This document shows positions 41,107 through 49,337 of a stretch of 64,000 bases of DNA, piece by piece (position 1 is the stretch's first letter; each line of letters begins with the position of its first letter). A model generated the notes under the pieces. That model was not told where the DNA came from. It was given only the letters and a program-made list of their open reading frames with translations, and did no database searches. Position numbers and translations under genes: made by a program. Source of the stretch: an uncultured Nitrospiraceae bacterium (GTDB lineage: Bacteria; Nitrospirota; Thermodesulfovibrionia; Thermodesulfovibrionales; Dissulfurispiraceae); the NCBI GenBank assembly GCA_963705105.1, contig CAVPIW010000014.1, forward strand, positions 32,001-96,000. Direction: 5' to 3'.

Positions 41107-41661
41107 ATGATCGAGATCAGGATTCACGGACGTGGAGGTCAGGGGAATGTCGCAGCGGCTGAACTTTTGGCCGTTGCGGCGTTTCAGGACGGCAAATTCG
41201 CACAGGCCTTTCCCTCCTTCGGCGCCGAGAGGGTGGGAGCGCCTGTGCAGGCCTTTGTAAGGATCGACACGAAAAAGATCCGTCTCAGGGATGAAGTGAG
41301 GAGCCCCGACTACCTCATCGTCCAGGACCAGTTCCTGATCGAGACGGTGCCCGTTCTGGACGGACTGAAGCCGAACGGTCTTATCCTCGTCAACTCGGAG
41401 CGCTCCCCCGAGGAGCTGTTGATACGGACGACGGCGACGGTGGAGACCATACCCGCCACGGAGATAGCACTGGAGATCATCGGTCGTCCCATCCCCAATG
41501 CCATCATGGTCGGGACCTTCTGCGCCCTCACCGGCGTCGTCAGCCTGGAGGCCGTGCAGAAGGCGCTGATGGAGAAGTTTCCCGGCAGCGTGGGGGAGCA
41601 CAACATCGCGGCCCTCGAGCGGGCCCTTGAGATCCTGGAAAAGAGGAAACACTATGCTTAA
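41107..41661 (+). CDS. porC: 2-oxoacid (pyruvate):ferredoxin oxidoreductase gamma subunit
   Basis: MIEIRIHGRGGQG, FPSFGAER.GAPV.AFVRI. Confidence 0.9.
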   Translation: MIEIRIHGRGGQGNVAAAELLAVAAFQDGKFAQAFPSFGAERVGAPVQAFVRIDTKKIRLRDEVRSPDYLIVQDQFLIETVPVLDGLKPNGLILVNSERSPEELLIRTTATVETIPATEIALEIIGRPIPNAIMVGTFCALTGVVSLEAVQKALMEKFPGSVGEHNIAALERALEILEKRKHYA

Positions 41662-42829
41662 GCAGATCGAAGGATCGCTGGCCGTTGCCGAAGTCGTAGC
41701 CTTCTGCCGGCCCAACGTCATTTCCGCATATCCGATCACCCCGCAGACGCACATCGTGGAGAATCTGGCGGAGCTCGTCGCGAAAGGCGCCCTGCAGACG
41801 GAGTTTGTGAACGTCGAAAGCGAGTTCGCCGCCGCGTCGGTCGTCCTGGGGGCGAGCGCCGCCGGCGCCAGGGCCTATACGGCAACGACCTCCCAGGGCT
41901 TACTGCTCATGAACGAGGTCATTTACTGCATCGCCGGCATGCGGCTGCCCATCGTGCTCACCTGCGCGAATCGTGCCATCTCGGCGCCCCTGAACATCTG
42001 GAACGACCACCAGGACTCCATGTCCGTGCGGGACGCCGGCTGGATACAGCTGCATTCCGAGGACAACCAGGAGGCGGCTGACCTGCACATGCACGCATTC
42101 CGGATTGCCGAGCAGACGCACCTGCCCGTCATGGTCTGCATGGACGGTTTCATCCTGACCCACGCCTATGAGCCGGTCGATATCCCGGAACAGCGTGAAG
42201 TGGACGACTTCCTGCCGGCTTTTCAGCCCCGGAACATCGTCGATCCCCGGTGGCCGAGGGGCCTGGGACTCTATGCCGATCCGCGGTTTTACATGGAGAC
42301 GAGGTATACGCTGCACCGGGCGATGGAGAAATCCGAGGACGTCATCAGCCGGGTGAGCGCCGACTTCGAAAAGGCCTTCGGCAGGCAGAGCGGAGGGCTC
42401 GTCAAGGCTTACAAGCTTGATCATGCCGACGTCGTCATCGTCGCCATGGGCTCCGTCGTGGGGACGATCAAGGACCTCATCGACAAACTCGAAGAGGAGG
42501 GCACGCGGGTGGGACTCCTGCAGATATGCTCCTTCCGCCCCTTCCCCCGGAGGACCGTCTACGAGCTCCTCCGTGACAAGCAGAACATCGTCGTCCTCGA
42601 GAAGGCCGTCTCCCTGGGAAGGGGAGGTATCCTGGCGAGTGACGTGCGGTGGTCCTTCCCGAGGGCCGAGCAGGCGAAACGGACTATCAGCAGCTTTATC
42701 GCCGGGCTCGGCGGGAGAAACATCTCCCTCGACGACCTCGGGTACATGGTTGACAAGGTTGCAAAGGAGCAGGTGGAGCTTGAGTTTTTAGGGCTCAGAA
42801 GAGAAATCATCGCGGAGAACGACCAATGA
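41654..42829 (+). CDS. porA: Pyruvate:ferredoxin oxidoreductase alpha subunit
   Basis: AYPITPQT, VESE, TATTSQGL, NRAISAP.NIWNDHQD, FRPFP. Confidence 0.92.
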   Translation: MLKQIEGSLAVAEVVAFCRPNVISAYPITPQTHIVENLAELVAKGALQTEFVNVESEFAAASVVLGASAAGARAYTATTSQGLLLMNEVIYCIAGMRLPIVLTCANRAISAPLNIWNDHQDSMSVRDAGWIQLHSEDNQEAADLHMHAFRIAEQTHLPVMVCMDGFILTHAYEPVDIPEQREVDDFLPAFQPRNIVDPRWPRGLGLYADPRFYMETRYTLHRAMEKSEDVISRVSADFEKAFGRQSGGLVKAYKLDHADVVIVAMGSVVGTIKDLIDKLEEEGTRVGLLQICSFRPFPRRTVYELLRDKQNIVVLEKAVSLGRGGILASDVRWSFPRAEQAKRTISSFIAGLGGRNISLDDLGYMVDKVAKEQVELEFLGLRREIIAENDQ

Positions 42830-43707
42830 GAGACGACATAGACAAAGTGGAGAAGAAGGACCTCTTTGCGAGCGGCCACCGCGCCTGCGGCGGGTGCGGT
42901 CAGGCCCTGGCGGCGCGGCTCGTCGCCGACGCCGCCGGGGAAAATACGATCGCCTGTGTTGCCACGGGCTGCCTCGAAGTGTTCAGCTCACCCTATCCGG
43001 ACCCCGCCTGGCGGATACCTTTCCTGCACAGCCTCTTTGAGAACGCCGCCGCCGTGGCTTCAGGCGTGGAGGCCGCCTATAAGGCCCTGAACAAGGGGCC
43101 GGTCAACATCATCGCCCAGGGCGGAGACGGCAGCACGTCGGACATAGGATTTCAATGCATGAGCGGCATGTTCGAGAGGGGCCACAACGTCCTGTATGTC
43201 TGTTACGACAACGAGGCTTACATGAACACCGGCGTCCAGCGGTCCGGCTTCACACCCCACGGCGCGCGGACGACGACCACGCCGGCGGGAAACAAGGGAT
43301 TCAAGAAGAACATGCCGATGATCGCGTCGGCCCACCGCATCCCCTATATCGCCACCTGTACCGTCGACGATTACCGGGACCTGCAGCGGAAGGTCAAGAC
43401 AGCCCTCTCGATCGAGGGGCCGAAGTACCTGCACATCCTGGCGCCCTGTCCCCTCGGCTGGGGGCATACGGGCGATCTGACCGTGCAGATCTGCCGCCTC
43501 GCAAAACAGACCTGCCTGTTTCCCGTCTACGAGATACGGGACGGCAAGATCACGAACGTCCAGAAGGTGCCCGCAAAGAAACCCGTCGATGAATACCTGA
43601 AATTGCAGGGCCGGTTCCGGCACCTCTTCAAGAAAGGGGTCCCGACGCCGGTCGTGGCTGAAATCCAGGCCGTTGCCGATTCCAACACAGAGAGGTTCAA
43701 CCTATGA
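42826..43707 (+). CDS. porB: Pyruvate:ferredoxin oxidoreductase beta subunit
   Basis: GHRACGGCG, TGCLEV, GGDG, DNEAYMNTGVQRS, PCPLGW. Confidence 0.92.
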   Translation: MRDDIDKVEKKDLFASGHRACGGCGQALAARLVADAAGENTIACVATGCLEVFSSPYPDPAWRIPFLHSLFENAAAVASGVEAAYKALNKGPVNIIAQGGDGSTSDIGFQCMSGMFERGHNVLYVCYDNEAYMNTGVQRSGFTPHGARTTTTPAGNKGFKKNMPMIASAHRIPYIATCTVDDYRDLQRKVKTALSIEGPKYLHILAPCPLGWGHTGDLTVQICRLAKQTCLFPVYEIRDGKITNVQKVPAKKPVDEYLKLQGRFRHLFKKGVPTPVVAEIQAVADSNTERFNL

Positions 43708-45362
43708 GCGATACACTACCTTTGGGCTTAGCACTCGACCTGCGGAAGGTCGTACCGTACAAGACCGGTTCGTGGAGGACCCTCAAGCCGATCAATATCA
43801 TGCAGACTCCTCCCTGCACCGCCAACTGCCCCATCGGCAACGATATCAGGGGGTTTTTGCGGACCCTGGCGTCTGCGAATAATTATGATGAGGCATGGCA
43901 CGTGCTGACAAGGACCAATCCCCTGCCGTCGACGTGCGGCAGGGTCTGCCCTCATCCCTGCGAATCAGGGTGCAACCGGAGGGATTTTGACTTTCCGTTG
44001 GCGATAAACTGCGCCGAAAGGGCTGTGGGAGACTACGGCCTGGATCGTCGTCTCGAACACCGGAAGGCCATCACCGTGACGAGGAAGGAGAAGATCGCCG
44101 TTGTCGGCTCAGGCCCGGCGGGGTTGTCCTGCGCCTTCCATCTCACCAAGAGAGGGTTCAAGGTGAAGATTTTCGAGGCGGAAAACGAGCCCGGCGGCAT
44201 GATGAGGTGGGGCATCCCTTCCTACCGCCTGCCCAAGGACGTGCTGCAGAGCGAGATCGACAAGATCCTCAGGCTCGGCATCGAGATCGAGTGCAACGTC
44301 AAGGTCGGTGTGAACATACCTATGGACCAGCTCATATTTGAAAACGATGCCGTGTTCCTTGGTCTCGGAGCCAAGCAGGGCATTGAGCTGAACATCCCCG
44401 GCGAGAACGGGGAGAACGTCTACCCGGGAGTGGAATTCCTCAGGCTCATCAACGGCGGCGCCCGGCTGAACATCGGCAAGGAAGTCGTTGTCGTCGGGGG
44501 CGGCAATACCGCCATGGACTGTGCACGCGTCGCCAAGCGGCTGGGCGCCAATGTCACCATCGTCTACCGCAGGACGAGGATCGAGATGCCTGCCATCACC
44601 GCCGAGATCGATGAAGCCATGGACGAGCGCATCATGTTCCGCTACCACACCAATCCCGTCAAGATCATCATCGACGAGAACAAGGTTTACGGCGTTCTCT
44701 GCGTGCAGATGGAGCTGAAGGAGGCCGACGCAAGCGGACGGGCCCGTCCCGTTCCCGTCTCCGGCTCCGAGTTCGTTATCCCCGCCGACACCGTCATCAT
44801 GGCGACGGGCCAGGCCGTGGATTACGACGGCATCGACGTCCAGAAAAGGGACAACCGGTGGATCGACGTGAACGAGTTCGCCATGACGAGCCGGGATAAG
44901 GTCTTTGCGGGAGGCGACGCTGCAACGGGGCTCGAGACGGTCTCAGCGGCCATCGGGCAGGGTCTGCGGGCGGCCTCGGCGATCGAGGACCACATCGAGG
45001 GACACATCCCGCAGCAGTTTTCACGCCCTCCCGTCGTCTACTCGAAGGACCTCAACACATACTATTACGAGCCGGGACGGCGGTATGAGAAGCAGCCCGT
45101 GCCGGTGCATTTGAGGCTGAAGAATTTCGACGAGATCTATCGTCCCTATGACCGTGAGGAGATCGCCGGTGAAGCGGGTCGCTGCTTCAGCTGCGGCCTC
45201 TGCTTTCAGTGCAACAACTGCCTCATGTACTGTCCGGACAATGCCGTCAAGCTGTCGCCCGTGACGGGGAAGTTCGAGTTCGACTACGACTTCTGCAAGG
45301 GCTGCGGTCTCTGCTCGCGGGAGTGCCCGTGTCATTACATCCAGATGAACCTTGAGAAATAG
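43704..45362 (+). CDS. GltD/DsrL-like FAD/NAD(P) oxidoreductase with N-terminal Fe-S and C-terminal ferredoxin (PorD-like termini)
   Basis: KTGSWR..KP, PPCTANCP, CGRVCPHPCESGC, GSGPAG, GGGNTAMD, YRR, RCFSCGLCFQCNNCLMYCPD, DYDFCKGCGLCSRECP. Confidence 0.85.
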   Translation: MSDTLPLGLALDLRKVVPYKTGSWRTLKPINIMQTPPCTANCPIGNDIRGFLRTLASANNYDEAWHVLTRTNPLPSTCGRVCPHPCESGCNRRDFDFPLAINCAERAVGDYGLDRRLEHRKAITVTRKEKIAVVGSGPAGLSCAFHLTKRGFKVKIFEAENEPGGMMRWGIPSYRLPKDVLQSEIDKILRLGIEIECNVKVGVNIPMDQLIFENDAVFLGLGAKQGIELNIPGENGENVYPGVEFLRLINGGARLNIGKEVVVVGGGNTAMDCARVAKRLGANVTIVYRRTRIEMPAITAEIDEAMDERIMFRYHTNPVKIIIDENKVYGVLCVQMELKEADASGRARPVPVSGSEFVIPADTVIMATGQAVDYDGIDVQKRDNRWIDVNEFAMTSRDKVFAGGDAATGLETVSAAIGQGLRAASAIEDHIEGHIPQQFSRPPVVYSKDLNTYYYEPGRRYEKQPVPVHLRLKNFDEIYRPYDREEIAGEAGRCFSCGLCFQCNNCLMYCPDNAVKLSPVTGKFEFDYDFCKGCGLCSRECPCHYIQMNLEK

Positions 45363-45647
45363 GGGGCGCCGGTATCCAAAATAAGCCGGCACGAGGATAG
45401 GGCATGATTTCTTCGCAAAATAAATTACCTTTGCGCTTGTGCATATCTTGTTATGCAGATATACGCTTTCGCAGATACACTGTGCGGCTCCCGCTTCGGC
45501 TTGCGCCTTCGACTCCCGCCGCCGTTCACGTTACCCGTGAATTTTGCTTCAGAAACCAAACCCTATCCTCGTTTTCAAGGTCCCGCTGCAGTCATGTGAA
45601 CTGAGGCAGGAAACGTGAGAACGGCGAGGAAGGAGAAAGCTGACGCG

Positions 45648-46160
45648 GTGAGAAGAAACGTGCTTCTCTTCGCGCTGGCTCTCCTCTACGCCTGTGTGCC
45701 CTACAGCGGTATCGTGACGCAGCAGGTCGGCTCCATCGATCCAAATCCCTCATATACGCTCATCCTCTACGGAGGGCGGTACAGCGACGACATCGAAAAC
45801 CTCGCCATTCTCGATCCCGAGGATGATCCCTACAAGTTCGAGATATACGCGCCTGACTTTGACTACCGGGTCTACCCGCATGTTTCCGCTCAGGAGGCCC
45901 TTGAGAGGGCGGAAAAACATGTGGGATTTCACCCTTCCTTCCGGCGTTCCATGCTCAGCCGCATACCCGATCCGCAGGGCAGGACGATCGGCTATGAAGT
46001 GAGACCGTTGTACGCGACGATTGATTTCCGCTATTCCGACGTCCTCGATGTCCATTACCAGATACGTGACGATAAGGTCATCGTCAGGATCAGGCTCATT
46101 GACGAGGTGAGACGGTTGCGGGACGGTGACGGACCGATGATCCTCCGGGGCCGGCGATAA
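45648..46160 (+). CDS. Hypothetical lipoprotein
   Basis: GTG start after AGGAG; LLYA-C lipobox. Confidence 0.65.
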   Translation: MRRNVLLFALALLYACVPYSGIVTQQVGSIDPNPSYTLILYGGRYSDDIENLAILDPEDDPYKFEIYAPDFDYRVYPHVSAQEALERAEKHVGFHPSFRRSMLSRIPDPQGRTIGYEVRPLYATIDFRYSDVLDVHYQIRDDKVIVRIRLIDEVRRLRDGDGPMILRGRR

Positions 46161-46167
46161 TTCAAGC

Positions 46168-46332
46168 TTGACGACCTCGTAAAAAGCCTTACACAGCACT
46201 ATTCTGTCATTCCCGTGCAGACGGGAATCCAGTCCTTTCAGGTAGTTATTTGTATTCTGGATACCCGCTCCCCGCTTACTATCCGCGGGGACAAGCTTCG
46301 CGGATATGACGACTTTTTACGAGATCGTCAAG
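46168..46332. repeat. Family C element with outer 20-bp IR
   Basis: cttgacgacctcgtaaaaag ... ctttttacgagatcgtcaag enclosing gtcattcccg..cgggaatccag; partial copy at 49143-49240. Confidence 0.75.
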
Positions 46333-46562
46333 ATTCGGTGTTGGGACGATAATCTGTATGGTTTCTGTGTACCAAATTACATACATACGTAGTTCTCAGC
46401 ACTCCTGTTAAACGCTGCAATCTGTAATACTCTTTTAAATTCAATTACCTGCAAAGCCTGGTCTTGCTGGCATAACATTTGATACGCTAACCGTGGGGAA
46501 AAGGGGAGGTCTGCACGACGATAATCGCGCCACGTATTGCGTCAAAGCAGGAGGTGTCCATT

Positions 46563-46619
46563 ATGTTGGAATTACTTATCGTAGCAATTGCATGCATCCT
46601 TGTCGGCATGATGCAGTGA
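46563..46619 (+). CDS. Candidate 18-aa hydrophobic peptide MLELLIVAIACILVGMMQ
   Basis: Strong AGGAGGTG RBS; sigma54-like site at 46468-46483. Confidence 0.4.
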   Translation: MLELLIVAIACILVGMMQ

Positions 46620-46654
46620 GCCGCCGCAGGCTCTCCCTCAAGGAGCTGCATTCT

Positions 46655-46718
46655 GTAGGGGCCGTTGCCCGAACGGTCCGATCTCGATAAATCGGTCTGC
46701 TCGGGGAGCAGACCCTAC
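46655..46718. repeat. GTAG REP doublet (REPIN-like)
   Basis: GTAG-hairpin-spacer-hairpin-CTAC. Confidence 0.82.
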
Positions 46719-46779
46719 AGTAACTCCTGCCTTTATCGGCAGACTTGAGGCGCGTCGCCCCGCACATGTGTAACCGGGA

Positions 46780-47598
46780 TCAATTGAAGTATCGTGATAT
46801 GTACCTGTCGAGCCCCTCGGTATAGAGGCTCCCGGAGATGAGAAACCCCTCGTTGTGGCCGCCGGCGATCCTGAGAAACTCTTTCGGCTCTGACGCTTTT
46901 TCATAAAGCGCCATACCCTGCTGAAAGGGGACGATCTCGTCGCCGGGGCTGTGAATAAAGAGCTTGGGGATCGTGATCCGTCCGACCTTTTCGATCGTCT
47001 CGTAACGGTGCCGCGCCAGGAGCCTCACGGGCAGATAGGGAAAATACCGCTGCCCCAGGTCGGCGACGGAGGTGAAGCCGGATTCGACGATGAGTGCGCC
47101 GGCCCGGTGGCTGAGGGCGATCTCCGCCGCGACGGCGCTGCCGAGGGACCGCCCAAAAAGGATGATCTGCTCAGGGGAAACCCCCTTTTGTTGCACGAGA
47201 TACGTCCACCCCGCCTCAGCATCCCTGTAGGTACCCTGCTCCGACGGTTTGCCTTCGCTCCTGCCGTATCCACGGTAGTCGAAGATAAGGACGGCCAGAC
47301 CAAGTTGGTGAAAGATCCGGATCGAATCGAGGCGGTGGGAGATATTACCGGCGTTGCCGTGACAGAAGAGGACGGTGCCACGGGCGCCTTCACGGGGAAT
47401 GTACCATGCCGATATCTTCAGTCCGTCCTTCGTTTCGAGGACGATGTCTTCATAGCCCAATCCGATGTCCGCAGGCGTCGCGTCGATCTGTTTCATCGGG
47501 TAGTAGAGCAGCCCGTCCTGCCTCAGATAGGTGAAGAGGAGGATCGCCCCGTATCCGATGATGAGGACGAGGAGAAACGTTGTCAGCATTTTCATCAT
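46780..47598 (-). CDS. Alpha/beta hydrolase with N-terminal membrane anchor
   Basis: HGNAGN, DYRGYG, GRSLG, DEIVP, GGHN. Confidence 0.9.
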   Translation of the reverse strand: MMKMLTTFLLVLIIGYGAILLFTYLRQDGLLYYPMKQIDATPADIGLGYEDIVLETKDGLKISAWYIPREGARGTVLFCHGNAGNISHRLDSIRIFHQLGLAVLIFDYRGYGRSEGKPSEQGTYRDAEAGWTYLVQQKGVSPEQIILFGRSLGSAVAAEIALSHRAGALIVESGFTSVADLGQRYFPYLPVRLLARHRYETIEKVGRITIPKLFIHSPGDEIVPFQQGMALYEKASEPKEFLRIAGGHNEGFLISGSLYTEGLDRYISRYFN

Positions 47599-47694
47599 GC
47601 CTTCCCTTCCTATGATAATCGATTTCACCTCCCTTTTCGCCTTTTCCGCCGCAAAAGGCTTCATCTTTTCTGCTGATCTGATACAATATCCTCA

Positions 47695-47970
47695 CTTGAT
47701 CGTTGCAGTACACTCGCGGGAAAGGCGGGGAGTATGCGCCGAAAACCTTGCTGCGGCGACACCTGTCTCAAGACGAAAGACGAACTATGAGCCAATGGTC
47801 GATGACACAAAGAGTGGATTCCTGTAGGGGCCGTTCCCCGAACGGTCCGACATCGATGAAGCTATTTCAGGCCGACGGCTGAAAAAGGTGAACTTTTTGC
47901 TGACACTCACACTGTCACTGACACTGTATTTCAGAGCGCTTCGCCCCGCTTTTTCATGCAACGGCCAGGT
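47695..47970. repeat. Family A element carrying a half GTAG REP (47824-47862) and the hexamer-tract arm
   Basis: Direct comparison with 20863-21076 and 21215-21298. Confidence 0.78.
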
Positions 47971-47990
47971 TCACACACGGAGGATATGAC

Positions 47991-48509
47991 ATGAAAAATG
48001 TTGCGCGGACAGTGAGACTGCTTGTCTGGATCGTCATGTTGCCGACCCTCGTCGCCTGCGCACAGCAGCAGGATCAGCCCTCGATCGGAAGCCCTTTCCC
48101 CCAGTGTGATCTCCGCAACCTCAAGGGCGAGCAGACCAAAATCCCCGGCGACTTCCGGGGGAAGGTCCTGATTATACGGTTCTGGTCAGACTGCTGCTCC
48201 TACAACATCCATGAGATGGAAGGCCTTGATGCCGTGCTCGCGAAATATCGTGACAGGGGGCTCGCCATCGTGACGGTCTACGAGGGCAAGGCGAAAGGAG
48301 CCGCGGAGCAGTTTGTAAAGGACCTCAAGATACCCTACCCCGTCCTCCTCGACTCAGGAACGCTTGCAGCCAGGAATTGCGGCGTCACGACCCTGCCGAC
48401 GACGTACATTCTCGATAAAACAGGCGTCATCAGGGAGAAGATCACCGGTGAGTCACCGAAGGATGTTTGGACCGGAAAATATGACAGGCTCATCGGCTCT
48501 CTTCTCTGA
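47991..48509 (+). CDS. TlpA-like thioredoxin-fold lipoprotein with a non-canonical active site
   Basis: LVA-C lipobox; GKVLIIRFWSDCCSYN..EM; LPTTYILDKTGVIR. Confidence 0.75.
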   Translation: MKNVARTVRLLVWIVMLPTLVACAQQQDQPSIGSPFPQCDLRNLKGEQTKIPGDFRGKVLIIRFWSDCCSYNIHEMEGLDAVLAKYRDRGLAIVTVYEGKAKGAAEQFVKDLKIPYPVLLDSGTLAARNCGVTTLPTTYILDKTGVIREKITGESPKDVWTGKYDRLIGSLL

Positions 48510-48518
48510 ATCTCTCTT

Positions 48519-49133
48519 GTGGGCAACCATTACCCGAATTTTGACTCTTTGCTCGCCCATGAGCGCGATGAAGTGGACTACCGTATCCGCTCCCTCATTC
48601 GACGGGCCGCCGTCCTGATCATGGCCCCGCACGGCGGGGGCATCGAGCCAGGCACGTCCGAGATCGCCCTCGCCATAGCGGGAGAGGACCATTCCCTGTT
48701 CATGTTCGAGGGCATCAAGGCAAGTGGCAACTGGAGGCTCCATATCGCCAGTGATCGGTATAACCTACCCCAGGCATGCACAATGGCGCGCAATTGCGAT
48801 CGGCTGGTGTCGATTCACGGTTGCCGTGAGGAGGATGCGATCATATACGTCGGAGGCCTCGATATGGACCTCGGGCAGCATATCCGTAAGGAGCTGATTG
48901 CCGACGGCTTCGCCGTTGATGTCTCTCCCCGTTCGGGCCTGGGCGGAAGGGCTCAGGGGAACATCTGCAACGGCAACAGCCGGGGTGCGGGCGTGCAGCT
49001 GGAGATTTCAAGAGGTCAAAGAAAAAGGATGTTCAGGGAGCTCGCCGCTCACGCCCGGGGGGAAGTGACGGATGTCTTTTCCCGGTTTTGTGAAGCTGTC
49101 CGGGCCGCGATCGCAATGGCGCAAAGAGGATGA
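48519..49133 (+). CDS. Poly-gamma-glutamate hydrolase family (YjqB/DUF867-like)
   Basis: APHGGGIEPGTSEIA, LHI.S, SIHG, NICN, GVQLEIS. Confidence 0.82.
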   Translation: MGNHYPNFDSLLAHERDEVDYRIRSLIRRAAVLIMAPHGGGIEPGTSEIALAIAGEDHSLFMFEGIKASGNWRLHIASDRYNLPQACTMARNCDRLVSIHGCREEDAIIYVGGLDMDLGQHIRKELIADGFAVDVSPRSGLGGRAQGNICNGNSRGAGVQLEISRGQRKRMFRELAAHARGEVTDVFSRFCEAVRAAIAMAQRG

Positions 49134-49269
49134 AATGAAGAAGACGACCTCGTAAGAATAACCCCACCCATCGCTTGTCCGTCATTCCCACGTGTCGGGA
49201 ATCTCGCTTCAAGAAGGATCCCGGACGAGCCGGGATGACAGATTAGGATTGACGCATGTCACATAACGA

Positions 49270-49313
49270 ACTCATTCGCAAAAAAGAAGGGGGGCATCTC
49301 TGCCCCCCGGTTG
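49270..49313 (-). terminator. Terminator downstream of cytochrome copy 1 (duplicated at 53413-53456)
   Basis: Minus strand ggggggcagagatgcccccc hairpin followed by a T tract. Confidence 0.75.
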
Positions 49314-49337
49314 TGAGTTGACTGATGTAATGTGCCT

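Noticed and set aside
43704..45362. dsrL or gltD assignment
   Set aside because: No dsr genes or gltB nearby; the gene is coupled to porCAB.
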